Source: an uncultured bacterium
GTDB lineage: Bacteria; Abyssobacteria; SURF-5
Direction of reading: 5' to 3'
Assembly: GCA_964510165.1 (NCBI GenBank)
Contig: CAZEBC010000069.1
Coordinates: 1 to 17,715 of the forward strand
DNA: 17,715 bases
The position numbers were made by a program, and so were the translations under genes. This document shows positions 17,463 through 17,715 of the stretch, one piece after another (position 1 is the first letter of the stretch; each line of letters begins with the position of its first letter). The notes beneath the pieces are model-generated. The model had not been told where the DNA came from and searched no databases. It worked only from the letters and a program-made list of their open reading frames with translations.

Positions 17463-17491
17463 ATTATACCGACCCACCTCCTCCTTGTCAA
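17463..17491 (-). promoter_or_regulatory. Consensus sigma70 promoter of the tetR-larC2-hypothetical cluster
   Basis: Minus strand perfect TTGACA-N17-TATAAT. Confidence 0.82.
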
Positions 17492-17545
17492 GTTCATAAG
17501 CCCGCAGCCACTCAACTCGAAACCCGAAACTGCCGCGTAGCGACG

Positions 17546-17715
17546 CTAAACCTTCTCCACCTCAACCGATACGGCCCGGTCAATCGGCTGTATGCACCAG
17601 TTCCAACGGTAATAGCTCAGATGGCCGTATCCGCCCGCAAGGTCCAGCCACTTTATCATTCCCGGTATCGCCGCGTCATAGCTCTTCCAGCCCGGGAACT
17701 GGTACGGTTCCCACG
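17546..17715 (-). CDS. C-terminal end of a molybdopterin oxidoreductase alpha subunit (type II DMSO reductase family; NarG/EbdA/S25dA-like); partial
   Basis: Not in the ORF track. Manual translation gives WEPYQFPGWKSYDAAIPGMIKWLDLAGGYGHLSYYRWNWCIQPIDRAVSVEVEKV*. WEPYQF, LAGGYG and the terminal R..VEVEK match this family's C-terminus. Confidence 0.72.
   Translation of the reverse strand, partial: WEPYQFPGWKSYDAAIPGMIKWLDLAGGYGHLSYYRWNWCIQPIDRAVSVEVEKV

Overview
GC-rich bacterial chromosomal window in which every credible gene lies on the minus strand. Read in transcription direction (right to left), it begins with the 3' end of a type II DMSO-reductase-family molybdoenzyme alpha subunit. Next is a TetR-headed cluster with a perfect sigma70 promoter and an operator-like palindrome. 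It encodes a stand-alone LarC C-terminal-domain protein, an unrecognisable 593-aa protein, an ASKHA/RACo corrinoid reactivase, an MtrH-family methyltransferase, an MtaA/CmuA-family methyltransferase and a corrinoid protein. After that come tRNA-Leu(GAG), a stand-alone DegT-type aminotransferase and a 4-hydroxybutyryl-CoA dehydratase/HpaB-family flavoprotein lacking the usual Fe-S cysteines. The window ends with an LPS operon: lpxL-like, a deoxyhypusine-synthase-like protein, hldE, gmhB, a B12-dependent radical SAM enzyme and a partial waaF. Three kinds of palindromic intergenic repeats are present. The content suggests a diderm anaerobe (inference). The best candidate for an undescribed system is the corrinoid methyl-transfer cluster with its uncharacterised 593-aa protein and LarC2-like partner. 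All family calls come from motif recognition by eye; no database searches were run.
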